A stretch of 64,000 bases of DNA from an uncultured Gammaproteobacteria bacterium. Lineage in GTDB: Bacteria; Patescibacteriota; Patescibacteriia; UBA9570. Numbering within the stretch: position 1 is the first letter of the stretch; each line of letters begins with the position of its first letter. Positions 40,374 through 49,085 of this stretch are shown in pieces. A program made the position numbers and the translations under genes. The DNA is taken from positions 7,736-71,735 of the forward strand of contig CAYLOJ010000004.1 in NCBI GenBank assembly GCA_964385285.1, in the 5' to 3' direction. The notes under the pieces were generated by a model. That model was given only the letters and a program-made list of their open reading frames with translations, was not told the origin of the DNA and made no database searches.

Positions 40374-41021
40374 ATGACCGCACTCACAAAAAAGAAAAAA
40401 CAGATTCTAGACTTCATCGGAGAATTCCAACAAGCTAAAGGCTACTACCCTACTCTGGAAGAAATCCGCAAACAGTTTCACCTCAATAGTCTATCTACTG
40501 TCCATCAACATCTCTCTGAACTGCAAGATTTAGGAATGATCGAACGTAACTACGGCAAAGCCCGCGACATGAAAGTTGCGATGGAAAGTAAAGTTGGCGG
40601 TAAAAACATCTATAAGACCAGTGCCGAGCCTTATCAAGTGGGGGCCAGCGCTGAACTACATATTGCTGGTTTAATTACTGCTGGGTACCCAATTGAAGCA
40701 GTCGAAGACACTACTGAAACTCTTACAGTGCCCCGCCACATGATCGATAATAAAAACGCTTACGTCTTGAAAGTAAAAGGTGATTCCATGATTGAGAGTT
40801 TAATTGCGGATGGTGATTACGTTGTAGTGCAAAAACAGGACTATGCTAGTGATGGCGATATTGTAGTCGCTTTGCTCGAAGATGGTTCGGCCACTCTGAA
40901 AGAATTCCACCGAGAAAAAAACTATGTGCGCTTACAGCCGCGCAATCAGAACTATAAACCCATTAAAGTACGCAATGTCGTCATTCAGGGTCGCGTACTA
41001 GGAATCATTCGCAAATATTAA
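40374..41021 (+). CDS. lexA: SOS repressor LexA
   Basis: N-terminal wHTH (YPTLEEI...STVHQHL), AG.P cleavage site, VKGDSM (Ser) and ATLK (Lys). Confidence 0.95.
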   Translation: MTALTKKKKQILDFIGEFQQAKGYYPTLEEIRKQFHLNSLSTVHQHLSELQDLGMIERNYGKARDMKVAMESKVGGKNIYKTSAEPYQVGASAELHIAGLITAGYPIEAVEDTTETLTVPRHMIDNKNAYVLKVKGDSMIESLIADGDYVVVQKQDYASDGDIVVALLEDGSATLKEFHREKNYVRLQPRNQNYKPIKVRNVVIQGRVLGIIRKY

Positions 41022-41029
41022 ATTGAGTT

Positions 41030-41335
41030 ATGTCGTATTCTTCTACTAGTACAGTTCCAATTGAGATGTTACCTGGCATCGGCCGTCGCACTGCTAAAGT
41101 GTTGCGCTCCATGCACATCCGCACTGTTGGTCAATTCAAAACACTACCAGAAAAGATGTTGGTTGAGATCTTTGGACCAAGCATCCGCACACTTTACACT
41201 GCTGTCCATGGCATGGAATATGCTTCCGTAGCGACACGACCGAATGTACAACCCAATGTACGTACAGTAAAAGCAATTAAAAATCTAAGCTTCACAAAAA
41301 AATTCCGCTTGGCTACACAGGTGTTGATGATGTAA
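41030..41335 (+). CDS. Small HhH protein resembling the isolated thumb of Y-family DNA polymerases
   Basis: PIEMLPGIGRRTAKVLRSMHIRTVGQF...LVEIFG...LY..VHG. Confidence 0.7.
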   Translation: MSYSSTSTVPIEMLPGIGRRTAKVLRSMHIRTVGQFKTLPEKMLVEIFGPSIRTLYTAVHGMEYASVATRPNVQPNVRTVKAIKNLSFTKKFRLATQVLMM

Positions 41336-41345
41336 GCCGCGAACG

Positions 41346-42134
41346 TTAAAACAACTTTTCTTGGTAGGCAGACGTCTGTTCACTTTCTGTGAGGTTGAGA
41401 ATTTTGTCCAATAAGTAAGTTTGTCGATCATTATCGGTGTAGGAATAGACCGTGACCGATTGATCGTTCAGATCTAATAGATCAACACGCGTGTGATGAA
41501 TCTGACGGTTTGTTTCTGTTTGCTGTAGTAGATCAATGGTGACTTGTTGGTGCTTCTTAAATGCCTCTGCTAAGCGTTGAAATATAGTCGGTTCATCTGA
41601 CCAACTCGTAGGCATGCGAAAACTATCTCCTCCTGATGTGTATAAAATGTAGCCATGGTTAACCCCATACTCATAGACATCTTTTGTAATGCGCACATCA
41701 TCTAAACAGTATTTCGCTAATGCCTTCATGTTTCCCTCCCGATAATACCGAATGGCATCTAATCCACTGCCGGATTTTCCTTCTCCTAGCGTAGCTTGAG
41801 CGACACTTTCCAGTTTCATACGAAACCCGAGTGTATTATAAATATCAGCCAAAATATCCACTTGTGGTAAAGCAGAGATATTGAGGGTTCTAAAGTAGGG
41901 TTGAATAACGACGTTATCAAAATTGATTGAATTGAAACCAATAATGGTTGGTTTCTCGGCGTTTAAAATCATCTCTAGTTTTGGAATGTCTTGTTCAAAA
42001 AAACTGAAATATTGTTTTTGCGTGTAGGAATAGAGCCCAAGAAATGAAACGCCCAATTCAGCATTTTTTCCAAATCCGCCAACTTCCGCAAAGGTTTTTT
42101 TAGTTTCTAAATCGTAAACAATGGTTGGGCCCAT
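41346..42134 (-). CDS. RNase H-like DEDD exonuclease (RNase_H_2/YprB-like) with a WYL-like C-terminal domain
   Basis: YDLET, GFN..NFD, KLESVA...LG..K and YCLDDV; tail L.EA......VTI...RQTYLLDKI. Confidence 0.75.
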   Translation of the reverse strand: MGPTIVYDLETKKTFAEVGGFGKNAELGVSFLGLYSYTQKQYFSFFEQDIPKLEMILNAEKPTIIGFNSINFDNVVIQPYFRTLNISALPQVDILADIYNTLGFRMKLESVAQATLGEGKSGSGLDAIRYYREGNMKALAKYCLDDVRITKDVYEYGVNHGYILYTSGGDSFRMPTSWSDEPTIFQRLAEAFKKHQQVTIDLLQQTETNRQIHHTRVDLLDLNDQSVTVYSYTDNDRQTYLLDKILNLTESEQTSAYQEKLF

Positions 42135-42150
42135 AGGTAATCTATTCCAA

Positions 42151-42915
42151 TTAACGTGGCGTGTGTTTTAGTTGCTCAATAAACTGCTTGGCTTCCGCAG
42201 AGCGAGGACAAATTTCTAAGAAGTCACAGTGCTTGCACCGTGAACTAATTTTTGGCTCAAGTTGCTGATCTGCACGAATTAAATTTACCTTCTCGATCAA
42301 TTCTTCGGTAATGGGCTCAAACAGATCATCTGAGATATCAATACTATACCATTGATTTGTGGCTAAGTAGAGGTAAGAGGCTTTATACACAGGGATGGAT
42401 TGATTCGCGCGCACAATCATTGCGTAAATGGCTAATTGATCCTCTGAAACTTCATCCTCCTTAAACTGACCGGTTTTATAATCAATCACATGCAACCCTT
42501 CCGCATCTTGGTCTACCCGATCGATGCGGCCTAGCACCTTAATATCTGAGGCAATCTCTGTGTCATAGTAATCCTCCAACATCACCGGTGTCTTCATTAG
42601 ATCATTTTTGAACGTATAGAGTTTCAACATCTGCAACGCTTTTGTCCCCCACTCGCGTTCATCTGCAATATCCATGAATCCTTTTCGATTCTCTCGCCAG
42701 CGCTTGCGTAACAATGCTTCTAGCACCTGATAGTTGCGCTCAGCTGGAGCATACTGCTCGTAGAGATCCTTTAAACTATTATGAACATGGGCACCCATGG
42801 TTAAATATGGTTTGGGAGTTTTGTACTCATCCGCAATGTAATCCACATAAGTATATTTATACTGTCGTGGACAGGTTTCATACATGGTCAGCTTGAATGG
42901 TGAGATCTTGAACAT
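42151..42915 (-). CDS. PD-(D/E)XK RecB-family nuclease with a four-Cys Fe-S motif
   Basis: SP......CPRQY, G..VH, GRIDRVD, IDYKTG, QL.IY and CKHCDF...C. Confidence 0.88.
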   Translation of the reverse strand: MFKISPFKLTMYETCPRQYKYTYVDYIADEYKTPKPYLTMGAHVHNSLKDLYEQYAPAERNYQVLEALLRKRWRENRKGFMDIADEREWGTKALQMLKLYTFKNDLMKTPVMLEDYYDTEIASDIKVLGRIDRVDQDAEGLHVIDYKTGQFKEDEVSEDQLAIYAMIVRANQSIPVYKASYLYLATNQWYSIDISDDLFEPITEELIEKVNLIRADQQLEPKISSRCKHCDFLEICPRSAEAKQFIEQLKHTPR

Positions 42916-43871
42916 TATTTTAAATATTGATTCACGATATCTTTGGTACCTTCTTCATCCAGAATCCAATAGTACAGTGATTTCCCGAACGATGGAGTAT
43001 AGATTCTTGTGCCTTCACCAGGTAACACCTGCTCCTCCATTTCTGGAAGATCCAAACCACGATGGCCCATTATGTAAGCGACTCCAAACGCCGCTAGACT
43101 AGATTTGGAAATATCCAGGCGGGCGCGATCACTGGTCAATAGATAATCGTAGATTTTCTTTGCTGTGAATGGTGACTTGGCCTTTTGCAAAACAGCTTTA
43201 AATATTTCGCGCTGTTCAGCGGCTCGCCCAAAATCACCTTCTGCTTGTTCGAAGCGATTATGCACTAACTCTTGCGCTTCGGCGCCATCTACATGTCCTG
43301 TACTAATATCGACTCCACCTACTGAATCAACGATGTCCGTGAAACTATCAAACGTCACTTCAACCTTACCATCAATTTTAATATCTAACAGATCTTCTAC
43401 CACACTGGTAGTGAGATCAACATTGCCCATTCGATCGGTAGACTCATCCCACATCGCATAAAAATGGGTAATCTTTTGGAGGCCTTTTTCCGGATGGTCA
43501 ATTTTGGTATCGCGCGGTACCATCACTAACGACATCGGATCATTTTTAGATTTTGGAATCGAGACAATCATCAGCGCGTCGGAACGTGCATGCTCATTGT
43601 TACGCTGATCCGACCCAATCACTAAAATATGATAATAGCGCGGCTGACTGACATAAAAGCCAAATATCAAGATCGCACCAATACAGAATCCAATCAGAAT
43701 CGTTTTTAGCAACACTTTGCGCAACCAACGACGGCACCCAGAAGGCTGAGATGGTTGCGGTGCAGCAGACACGTTACTGCTAGTTTTGGCGTTTGTAGTA
43801 TTATTCGTCTTTAGCGGTTTCGGATGTAAGCTCACGGTATTTACCTTTAATGGTTTTAATCGAGTGCTCAA
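42915..43871 (-). CDS. LCP (LytR-CpsA-Psr) family protein (start uncertain)
   Basis: TM helix, ILVIGSD, RSDALM, PRDT, VDSVGGV and DFGR..QR. Confidence 0.88.
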   Translation of the reverse strand: MSTRLKPLKVNTVSLHPKPLKTNNTTNAKTSSNVSAAPQPSQPSGCRRWLRKVLLKTILIGFCIGAILIFGFYVSQPRYYHILVIGSDQRNNEHARSDALMIVSIPKSKNDPMSLVMVPRDTKIDHPEKGLQKITHFYAMWDESTDRMGNVDLTTSVVEDLLDIKIDGKVEVTFDSFTDIVDSVGGVDISTGHVDGAEAQELVHNRFEQAEGDFGRAAEQREIFKAVLQKAKSPFTAKKIYDYLLTSDRARLDISKSSLAAFGVAYIMGHRGLDLPEMEEQVLPGEGTRIYTPSFGKSLYYWILDEEGTKDIVNQYLK

Positions 43872-44043
43872 CCTCTTCCAAGTAACTCTTGAGTTCCTGT
43901 GCTAACTTTAAGCCCTCTTCAAACTTTGTTAAACCCGTCTCTAAATTATATTTCCCACTTTCAAAATCAGCAGTAATTTTCTCTAGCGCATCATACTGCT
44001 TCTGAAAATCGAAGGATTTTTTTGTGGAGGAAGACTTGGCCAT
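43801..44043 (-). CDS. xseB: Exodeoxyribonuclease VII small subunit
   Basis: LEKI...ESG...LE..L..FEEG..L; adjacent to xseA. Confidence 0.88.
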   Translation of the reverse strand: MAKSSSTKKSFDFQKQYDALEKITADFESGKYNLETGLTKFEEGLKLAQELKSYLEEVEHSIKTIKGKYRELTSETAKDE

Positions 44044-44052
44044 AGGTGAGCA

Positions 44053-45141
44053 TTATAGCACCTTCGATTGTAAGCTACCATCAGCCAAAATGGTTTCCAG
44101 CGTACTACCTGGTTTTGCTTGCTCAGCCTTGGTAATCACCTCACCGTTAGCTGTACGTGTAATGCTATAGCCACGTTCTAAAATCTGCTTTGGGTTGTAG
44201 GACCGCAGCAATGCTTCTAAATGATTTACATTTTGGTGATACTGCTCCATCTGCTTAGACAGTAACGACACTGCCGTACTAATCCGTTCAGTCACTACAT
44301 GGTGGCTGGTTTGGAGAGAACGATATTGTCGCTGGACAGACATTCGTAGCTGTTCAATGACATCGCGTTTATCTGGCACCACCATCTCTGCTGCGTTCGA
44401 AGGCGTAGATGCACGTTGATCTGCCACATACTCCACTAGAGTTTCATCCCGCTCGTGACCAATTGCGGCCACCAGTGGCACCTTAAGCGCAAATGCAGCG
44501 CGCACGACTGCCTCATCATTAAATGCTTGCAGATCTTCCATGGAGCCTCCGCCACGGGTTAAAATAATCACATCCAGCTCTTTAGTGTAACTATGGTTAA
44601 TCTCCTGCAATGCTAATACGATACTAGGAACGGCTTGTGCCCCTTGTACATTAACAGGAAAGTGATAGATCTCTACTCCAGCCCAACGATTTTTTAAGAT
44701 CTTCAGCACATCTGTATAGGCTGCTGCATCGCTCGAAGTAACTAAGCCAATCCGCTTGGGAAAACGTGGTAAAGCGCGTTTGCGATCGGCGTCGAATAAT
44801 CCCTCTTTGGTCAATTTAGCTTTTAGCAATTCGTAGCCTTTCTTTAAGGAGCCCTCCCCGACGATCTGAATTTTATTAGCACGTAGATGGAATTTTCCGG
44901 ATTTCTGAAATAAGGACGGCCGACCAATCACTTGAATTTGCATGCCATCTTCCAGCGGCTGATCCAGCTGAAAGGCGAGCATAAAGCAACTCACGTAGCT
45001 GGACTCATCTTTAAGATCAAACCACACAAACCGATTTTGGGCGATCTTAAAATTACTGACCTCTCCCTGCACACAAGCGGGAATGCCGGATAACAATTCA
45101 TTAACGCCACGGACAAAATCCGAGACGGAATATACCTCCAT
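44053..45141 (-). CDS. xseA: Exodeoxyribonuclease VII large subunit
   Basis: QGEVSN, FDLKD, RGGGSMEDL..FN, AIGHERD, ASTPS.AAE and LERGYS. Confidence 0.95.
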   Translation of the reverse strand: MEVYSVSDFVRGVNELLSGIPACVQGEVSNFKIAQNRFVWFDLKDESSYVSCFMLAFQLDQPLEDGMQIQVIGRPSLFQKSGKFHLRANKIQIVGEGSLKKGYELLKAKLTKEGLFDADRKRALPRFPKRIGLVTSSDAAAYTDVLKILKNRWAGVEIYHFPVNVQGAQAVPSIVLALQEINHSYTKELDVIILTRGGGSMEDLQAFNDEAVVRAAFALKVPLVAAIGHERDETLVEYVADQRASTPSNAAEMVVPDKRDVIEQLRMSVQRQYRSLQTSHHVVTERISTAVSLLSKQMEQYHQNVNHLEALLRSYNPKQILERGYSITRTANGEVITKAEQAKPGSTLETILADGSLQSKVL

Positions 45142-45143
45142 GG

Positions 45144-45440
45144 CTAGTTGCGATCTACCAGTAATTGCCCAGTGCGATTATCACTCTTCTTGGGATGATT
45201 CATCTGATAAAAATGATTGTCTACGGATGCATCTGCTCGACGGAAATGTTTGGAGGATTCATGACCAATATGTTCCTGCATCCAAGCTGAATCTTTTTCC
45301 TCTAAAAATGCAACTACTTTCTGTTCGGTGAGGTCAGGCCAAGCTGCATTCACAAAGATCTCATACCCGTTAATATGGCCCATGTATTTGTAATCCTTGC
45401 CATCGAATTCAGCGTGCTCGTATTTTGTATAGTATTCCAT
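45144..45440 (-). CDS. Hypothetical protein
   Basis: 98-aa ORF tightly packed between the HAD-like gene and xseA. Confidence 0.55.
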   Translation of the reverse strand: MEYYTKYEHAEFDGKDYKYMGHINGYEIFVNAAWPDLTEQKVVAFLEEKDSAWMQEHIGHESSKHFRRADASVDNHFYQMNHPKKSDNRTGQLLVDRN

Positions 45441-45446
45441 AGAACC

Positions 45447-46019
45447 TTACAATTTAATTTCGTTAAGTGAACTAATTTGATGATGTGGGCATTGAGGAAT
45501 CGGCTCTAAATATTTACCGGCTGGTCGTGTCATCCAATAGAGTTTCACATCTGAATACACTTTGGCCACGGCCTCCAGCTCACTCGCCCGATCATCTACC
45601 ATGATCATATCAGGTTCATAGTAGTCGGCAAGGCGTTGCACTTTTGGTTCCTGTACCACTAACGTACGGATGCTGCTCGGCAACATTAACGCCTTGAGCT
45701 TTTCTGTCTGCCAAGTGCGTTCACCGAACGTCATAATCAAGGCGTCATGGCCCTTAGCAACCACCTGCTGAATAAAAGGCCAGGTATCTTTGTAGCAATA
45801 GCGACGTAGATTTTGCAACACAGCGTAAAACTGTTTACGTTCCGAATCTGAGACACCGCGCAAAAAATCTTGGGCAGAAAAAAATCCATTGTCTTTTACA
45901 AACTGGTCATAGGAACTTAACCATTGTTCACGTGAGATGCCCAAACTAGTTGATAAAGCGTAACTAAACGCCGTGGTATCCAACAATGTATAATCCAAAT
46001 CCAAGATTATTTTTGACAT
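45447..46019 (-). CDS. HAD-superfamily hydrolase-like protein
   Basis: ILDLDYTL (DxDxT), TFG...Q..K and MVDD. Confidence 0.75.
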   Translation of the reverse strand: MSKIILDLDYTLLDTTAFSYALSTSLGISREQWLSSYDQFVKDNGFFSAQDFLRGVSDSERKQFYAVLQNLRRYCYKDTWPFIQQVVAKGHDALIMTFGERTWQTEKLKALMLPSSIRTLVVQEPKVQRLADYYEPDMIMVDDRASELEAVAKVYSDVKLYWMTRPAGKYLEPIPQCPHHQISSLNEIKL

Positions 46020-46921
46020 AATCGATATAAGGCAGCAGCTAATTTTTTACCATCTATTTTGGTTGGGTCAACGGCGCGTAAATTTGCTTCATGTACTTGA
46101 ATATTTGCCTGCTCTAATCCCACCTTATTATATTGTACTAAATTCGGCGTCGTCTTATCAGTCAGAATCGTTTGATCAAGGATCAAATCGTCTAATGGCC
46201 GGCCCACATACGCACTAATCGTATTGGCATAATCCGCTGCCGTATAAGCATTCGTTTCCCCATCCTTGGTAGTACGATTACAGGCATATACTAAACGCGC
46301 CTTAGTGTGTTGTAGTGCTTGCTGCACACCGCCAACTAACACATTAGGGAGCACACTGGTGTAGAGATCGCCGATGGTAAACACCACATAATCCGCTTGT
46401 TGAATTGCTTTTAACACAGCTGGTAATGCTTGTACTTTCGGCTTGAGATAAATTTTGCGAATGGGCGAACGCTTCGCTTGATCCGGTATGTCGATGGCAG
46501 TTTCACCATGTACCACCCTGCCGCTAAATAATTTTGCGTAGAGCGTCGTAGCAGAATTCGTGACCGGTAAAACAGTGCCACGAATATTCAACCACCTCCC
46601 TAACTGCTTAGCGGCTTTTTCGATTGAACCGTGTTTTAATTCTAACCCGGCTAAAATCAAATTACCGATGGCATGACCATCCTCCAGACGATAATTAAAG
46701 AGATCAGTCCAAATCGTTTCTTCTGGTGCTAGAGCAGCAATACAACGACGAATGTCGCCGGGCGGTAAGACACCTAGATGTTCACGTAAAATACCCGTCG
46801 AGCCACCATTGTCTACCATCGAAACCACTGCAGTGATGTTAACAGGATACTTTTGCAGGTGACGCAATAATAATGATTGCCCCGAGCCCCCGCCGATAGT
46901 TACTACACGCACAGGCTTCAT
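46007..46921 (-). CDS. YvcK/GlmR (CofD-like) UDP-GlcNAc-binding protein
   Basis: IGGGSG, VDNGGSTG, PPGDIR, H.IGNL, GET.ID and GDLYTSVLP. Confidence 0.9.
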   Translation of the reverse strand: MKPVRVVTIGGGSGQSLLLRHLQKYPVNITAVVSMVDNGGSTGILREHLGVLPPGDIRRCIAALAPEETIWTDLFNYRLEDGHAIGNLILAGLELKHGSIEKAAKQLGRWLNIRGTVLPVTNSATTLYAKLFSGRVVHGETAIDIPDQAKRSPIRKIYLKPKVQALPAVLKAIQQADYVVFTIGDLYTSVLPNVLVGGVQQALQHTKARLVYACNRTTKDGETNAYTAADYANTISAYVGRPLDDLILDQTILTDKTTPNLVQYNKVGLEQANIQVHEANLRAVDPTKIDGKKLAAALYRLCQK

Positions 46922-47628
46922 GACTGTAGGTAATGTTCTAATGCTTCAATATCTTCTGGCCGACCAAGATCCATCCACGGTTGTTGCAGGCGCACTAAAC
47001 GCGCTGGATGAGTTTTGGTTAATTGATTGATCGCATCAGTAATTTCTAGCTCACCGCGTTCAGATGGTTTGATAAATTCTAGAGTTTTAAAGACATCGCG
47101 TGTTAAGGTGTATAAACCCACATTAATGTCGTTACTTGTAGGGTGAGCTGGCTTTTCCACTATTCGGGCCAAGGTATGCTGTGGAGTGTATTCAATTACA
47201 CCATAGCGCTCGGGATGGTCATGTTCAGTCACCGCAACCAGAGGTTCCAAGGTAGATTGTTGCATCGCCTGTAAATCCAATGTGCCTAGCAGATGATCTC
47301 CCATGGTATACACAAAACGATCACCTTGCAGATAAGATTTCGCTGCCAATAACGGACAAGCTGTTCCGTACTGTTCGTCCCCCAATTCTTTGATCTGATC
47401 AATGACAATTAACTCTGTATCTGTATCATAGGCTTCCACTGCTGTCTTCAGTTTATCTACAAAATGACCCCCGACAATAAACACTCGGCGATACCCTGCC
47501 ATCACAATGGAGTCTAACAAATAATACAAAAATGGTTTGCCAGCAATCGGAATAATATGTTTGGGAATGGCACTGGTATAGCCCTGCAAACGCGTACCTT
47601 TACCAGCGGCGGCAATTACAATATCCAT
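46918..47628 (-). CDS. Sugar-phosphate nucleotidyltransferase
   Basis: AAGKGTRL...PK, YGTA, IVEKP, SERGELEITDA and W.DLG. Confidence 0.88.
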   Translation of the reverse strand: MDIVIAAAGKGTRLQGYTSAIPKHIIPIAGKPFLYYLLDSIVMAGYRRVFIVGGHFVDKLKTAVEAYDTDTELIVIDQIKELGDEQYGTACPLLAAKSYLQGDRFVYTMGDHLLGTLDLQAMQQSTLEPLVAVTEHDHPERYGVIEYTPQHTLARIVEKPAHPTSNDINVGLYTLTRDVFKTLEFIKPSERGELEITDAINQLTKTHPARLVRLQQPWMDLGRPEDIEALEHYLQS

Positions 47629-48473
47629 AATTTTTTTGCGATCTTATACGCAGTATACCACATTGGCTTTAGGGGCAGTTCATAGGTTCCTGGACGAGTA
47701 ACCACCTCTCCACCAAAACCAAGTTTAAAGCGAGTAATTCCAGCGAACGGATGATTAGGTTGATCTGCGGGCGCGATACCAAACCAATCATAATAATGAT
47801 GCCCTGCGGCAGCCGCATCTTGCATGATCTGCCAATGTAGGAGGTGTGGTGCCATCACTGCCCGCTGCGCATGATCTGAACCGCCATGTAAATATGTCGC
47901 CATATCTTCATGATAGATCACCATCGCAGTGGCCACGGGTTGTTGTTGATAATAGGCTAAGTACAATTTCACCATCTGATACGAACTCAGTACTCTGAAG
48001 ATGGTTTCGTAGTAATCTTTGGCATGAAGACGAATACCCTGGGTTTGCGCAGTACTACGCAGCAACTGATAAAATAGCTCTACATCTTCAGTAGTGTGTA
48101 CGGTGACACCTTTCTTTTCCGCTAAACGAATATTGTAACGCGTCTTCTGCTTACAGCGAGCGAGCATCTGCTCAGCATCACTCAACGGTGTTACCAATGT
48201 TGTACTGGGATGCACATCTTTAATGTGTTTACCCTGCGTTGGCGCGGTCATGGGTTCATAGCGCACAAATAAAGCGCCGTCATTTAAGACATCGATCTTT
48301 TCTGGGCAAGGACCCTGCGGAATAAACCAATACCATTGCTTAGCCGGTAGTGCATATCGAATCGCGCGAATGGTGAGATCAGCCTGTTGAATCGTTTGCA
48401 CTGTTCGCCCATAGGCTGCTTGCACCTCTGCCCAAGCTGCGGTCTGCAAAAACGATGAATGATAACTACCCAT
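47616..48473 (-). CDS. FemABX-family peptidyltransferase
   Basis: FLQT..W, KTRYNIRLAEKKGV, YLHGGS, YDWFG and G..RFK.GFGG. Confidence 0.9.
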   Translation of the reverse strand: MGSYHSSFLQTAAWAEVQAAYGRTVQTIQQADLTIRAIRYALPAKQWYWFIPQGPCPEKIDVLNDGALFVRYEPMTAPTQGKHIKDVHPSTTLVTPLSDAEQMLARCKQKTRYNIRLAEKKGVTVHTTEDVELFYQLLRSTAQTQGIRLHAKDYYETIFRVLSSYQMVKLYLAYYQQQPVATAMVIYHEDMATYLHGGSDHAQRAVMAPHLLHWQIMQDAAAAGHHYYDWFGIAPADQPNHPFAGITRFKLGFGGEVVTRPGTYELPLKPMWYTAYKIAKKLWIL

Positions 48474-49044
48474 TGCTCAAAAGACTCAACGCCTGTTTTA
48501 ACTGCTGTTCTACATTGGCAGACTTATCCAGTTGTTGTAACACCAGGCGAATCTCCGCAGTGGAATATCCAAGTTGTTGAAGAGCTTCAATCACAGTATT
48601 GGAGCTACCGCCCACTGCATCGCTAGAAACCATTCCCAATGCCAACATGGCTGGTTGCAATTCTAATACCAATCGTTCCGCAGTTTTTTTACCCACCCCA
48701 GACACTTGGGTGAGAAGAGCTTTATCTCCATCAATGATGGCTTGCCGCACAGATGCAGCTGAAAGATCAGACAAAATAGATAACCCCACTTTGGGACCTA
48801 CTCCAGAAACACTGATCAACTGTTCAAAAACATCGAGGTCGGCAGCAGTAGCAAAACCATATAGATCATTAACGTCTTCTCGAATGACATGATGGAGATA
48901 ACATTCAATGTCTGCGCCCGGTTGTGCAGCTGACAATTGTGTTGTGGGTACAAATATTTTGTAGCCAATGTCATTGACCACGACGATCAAATAGCGTTTG
49001 AGCGGCTGGATCAGTTGAATTTTACCTCGTAAGTAACCTAACAT
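48466..49044 (-). CDS. ruvA: Holliday junction branch migration protein RuvA
   Basis: IRED...LYGF, VSGVGPK, GVGKKTAERL.LEL and ALQQLGY. Confidence 0.96.
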   Translation of the reverse strand: MLGYLRGKIQLIQPLKRYLIVVVNDIGYKIFVPTTQLSAAQPGADIECYLHHVIREDVNDLYGFATAADLDVFEQLISVSGVGPKVGLSILSDLSAASVRQAIIDGDKALLTQVSGVGKKTAERLVLELQPAMLALGMVSSDAVGGSSNTVIEALQQLGYSTAEIRLVLQQLDKSANVEQQLKQALSLLSNG

Positions 49045-49085
49045 GGCCTTGATTATAACACATTTTTTTAGTATAATGTAGTCTT

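Noticed and set aside
42151-42915. Cas4-like nuclease suggesting CRISPR-Cas
   Set aside because: No cas1/cas2 and no repeat-spacer array; solo PD-(D/E)XK nucleases are common.
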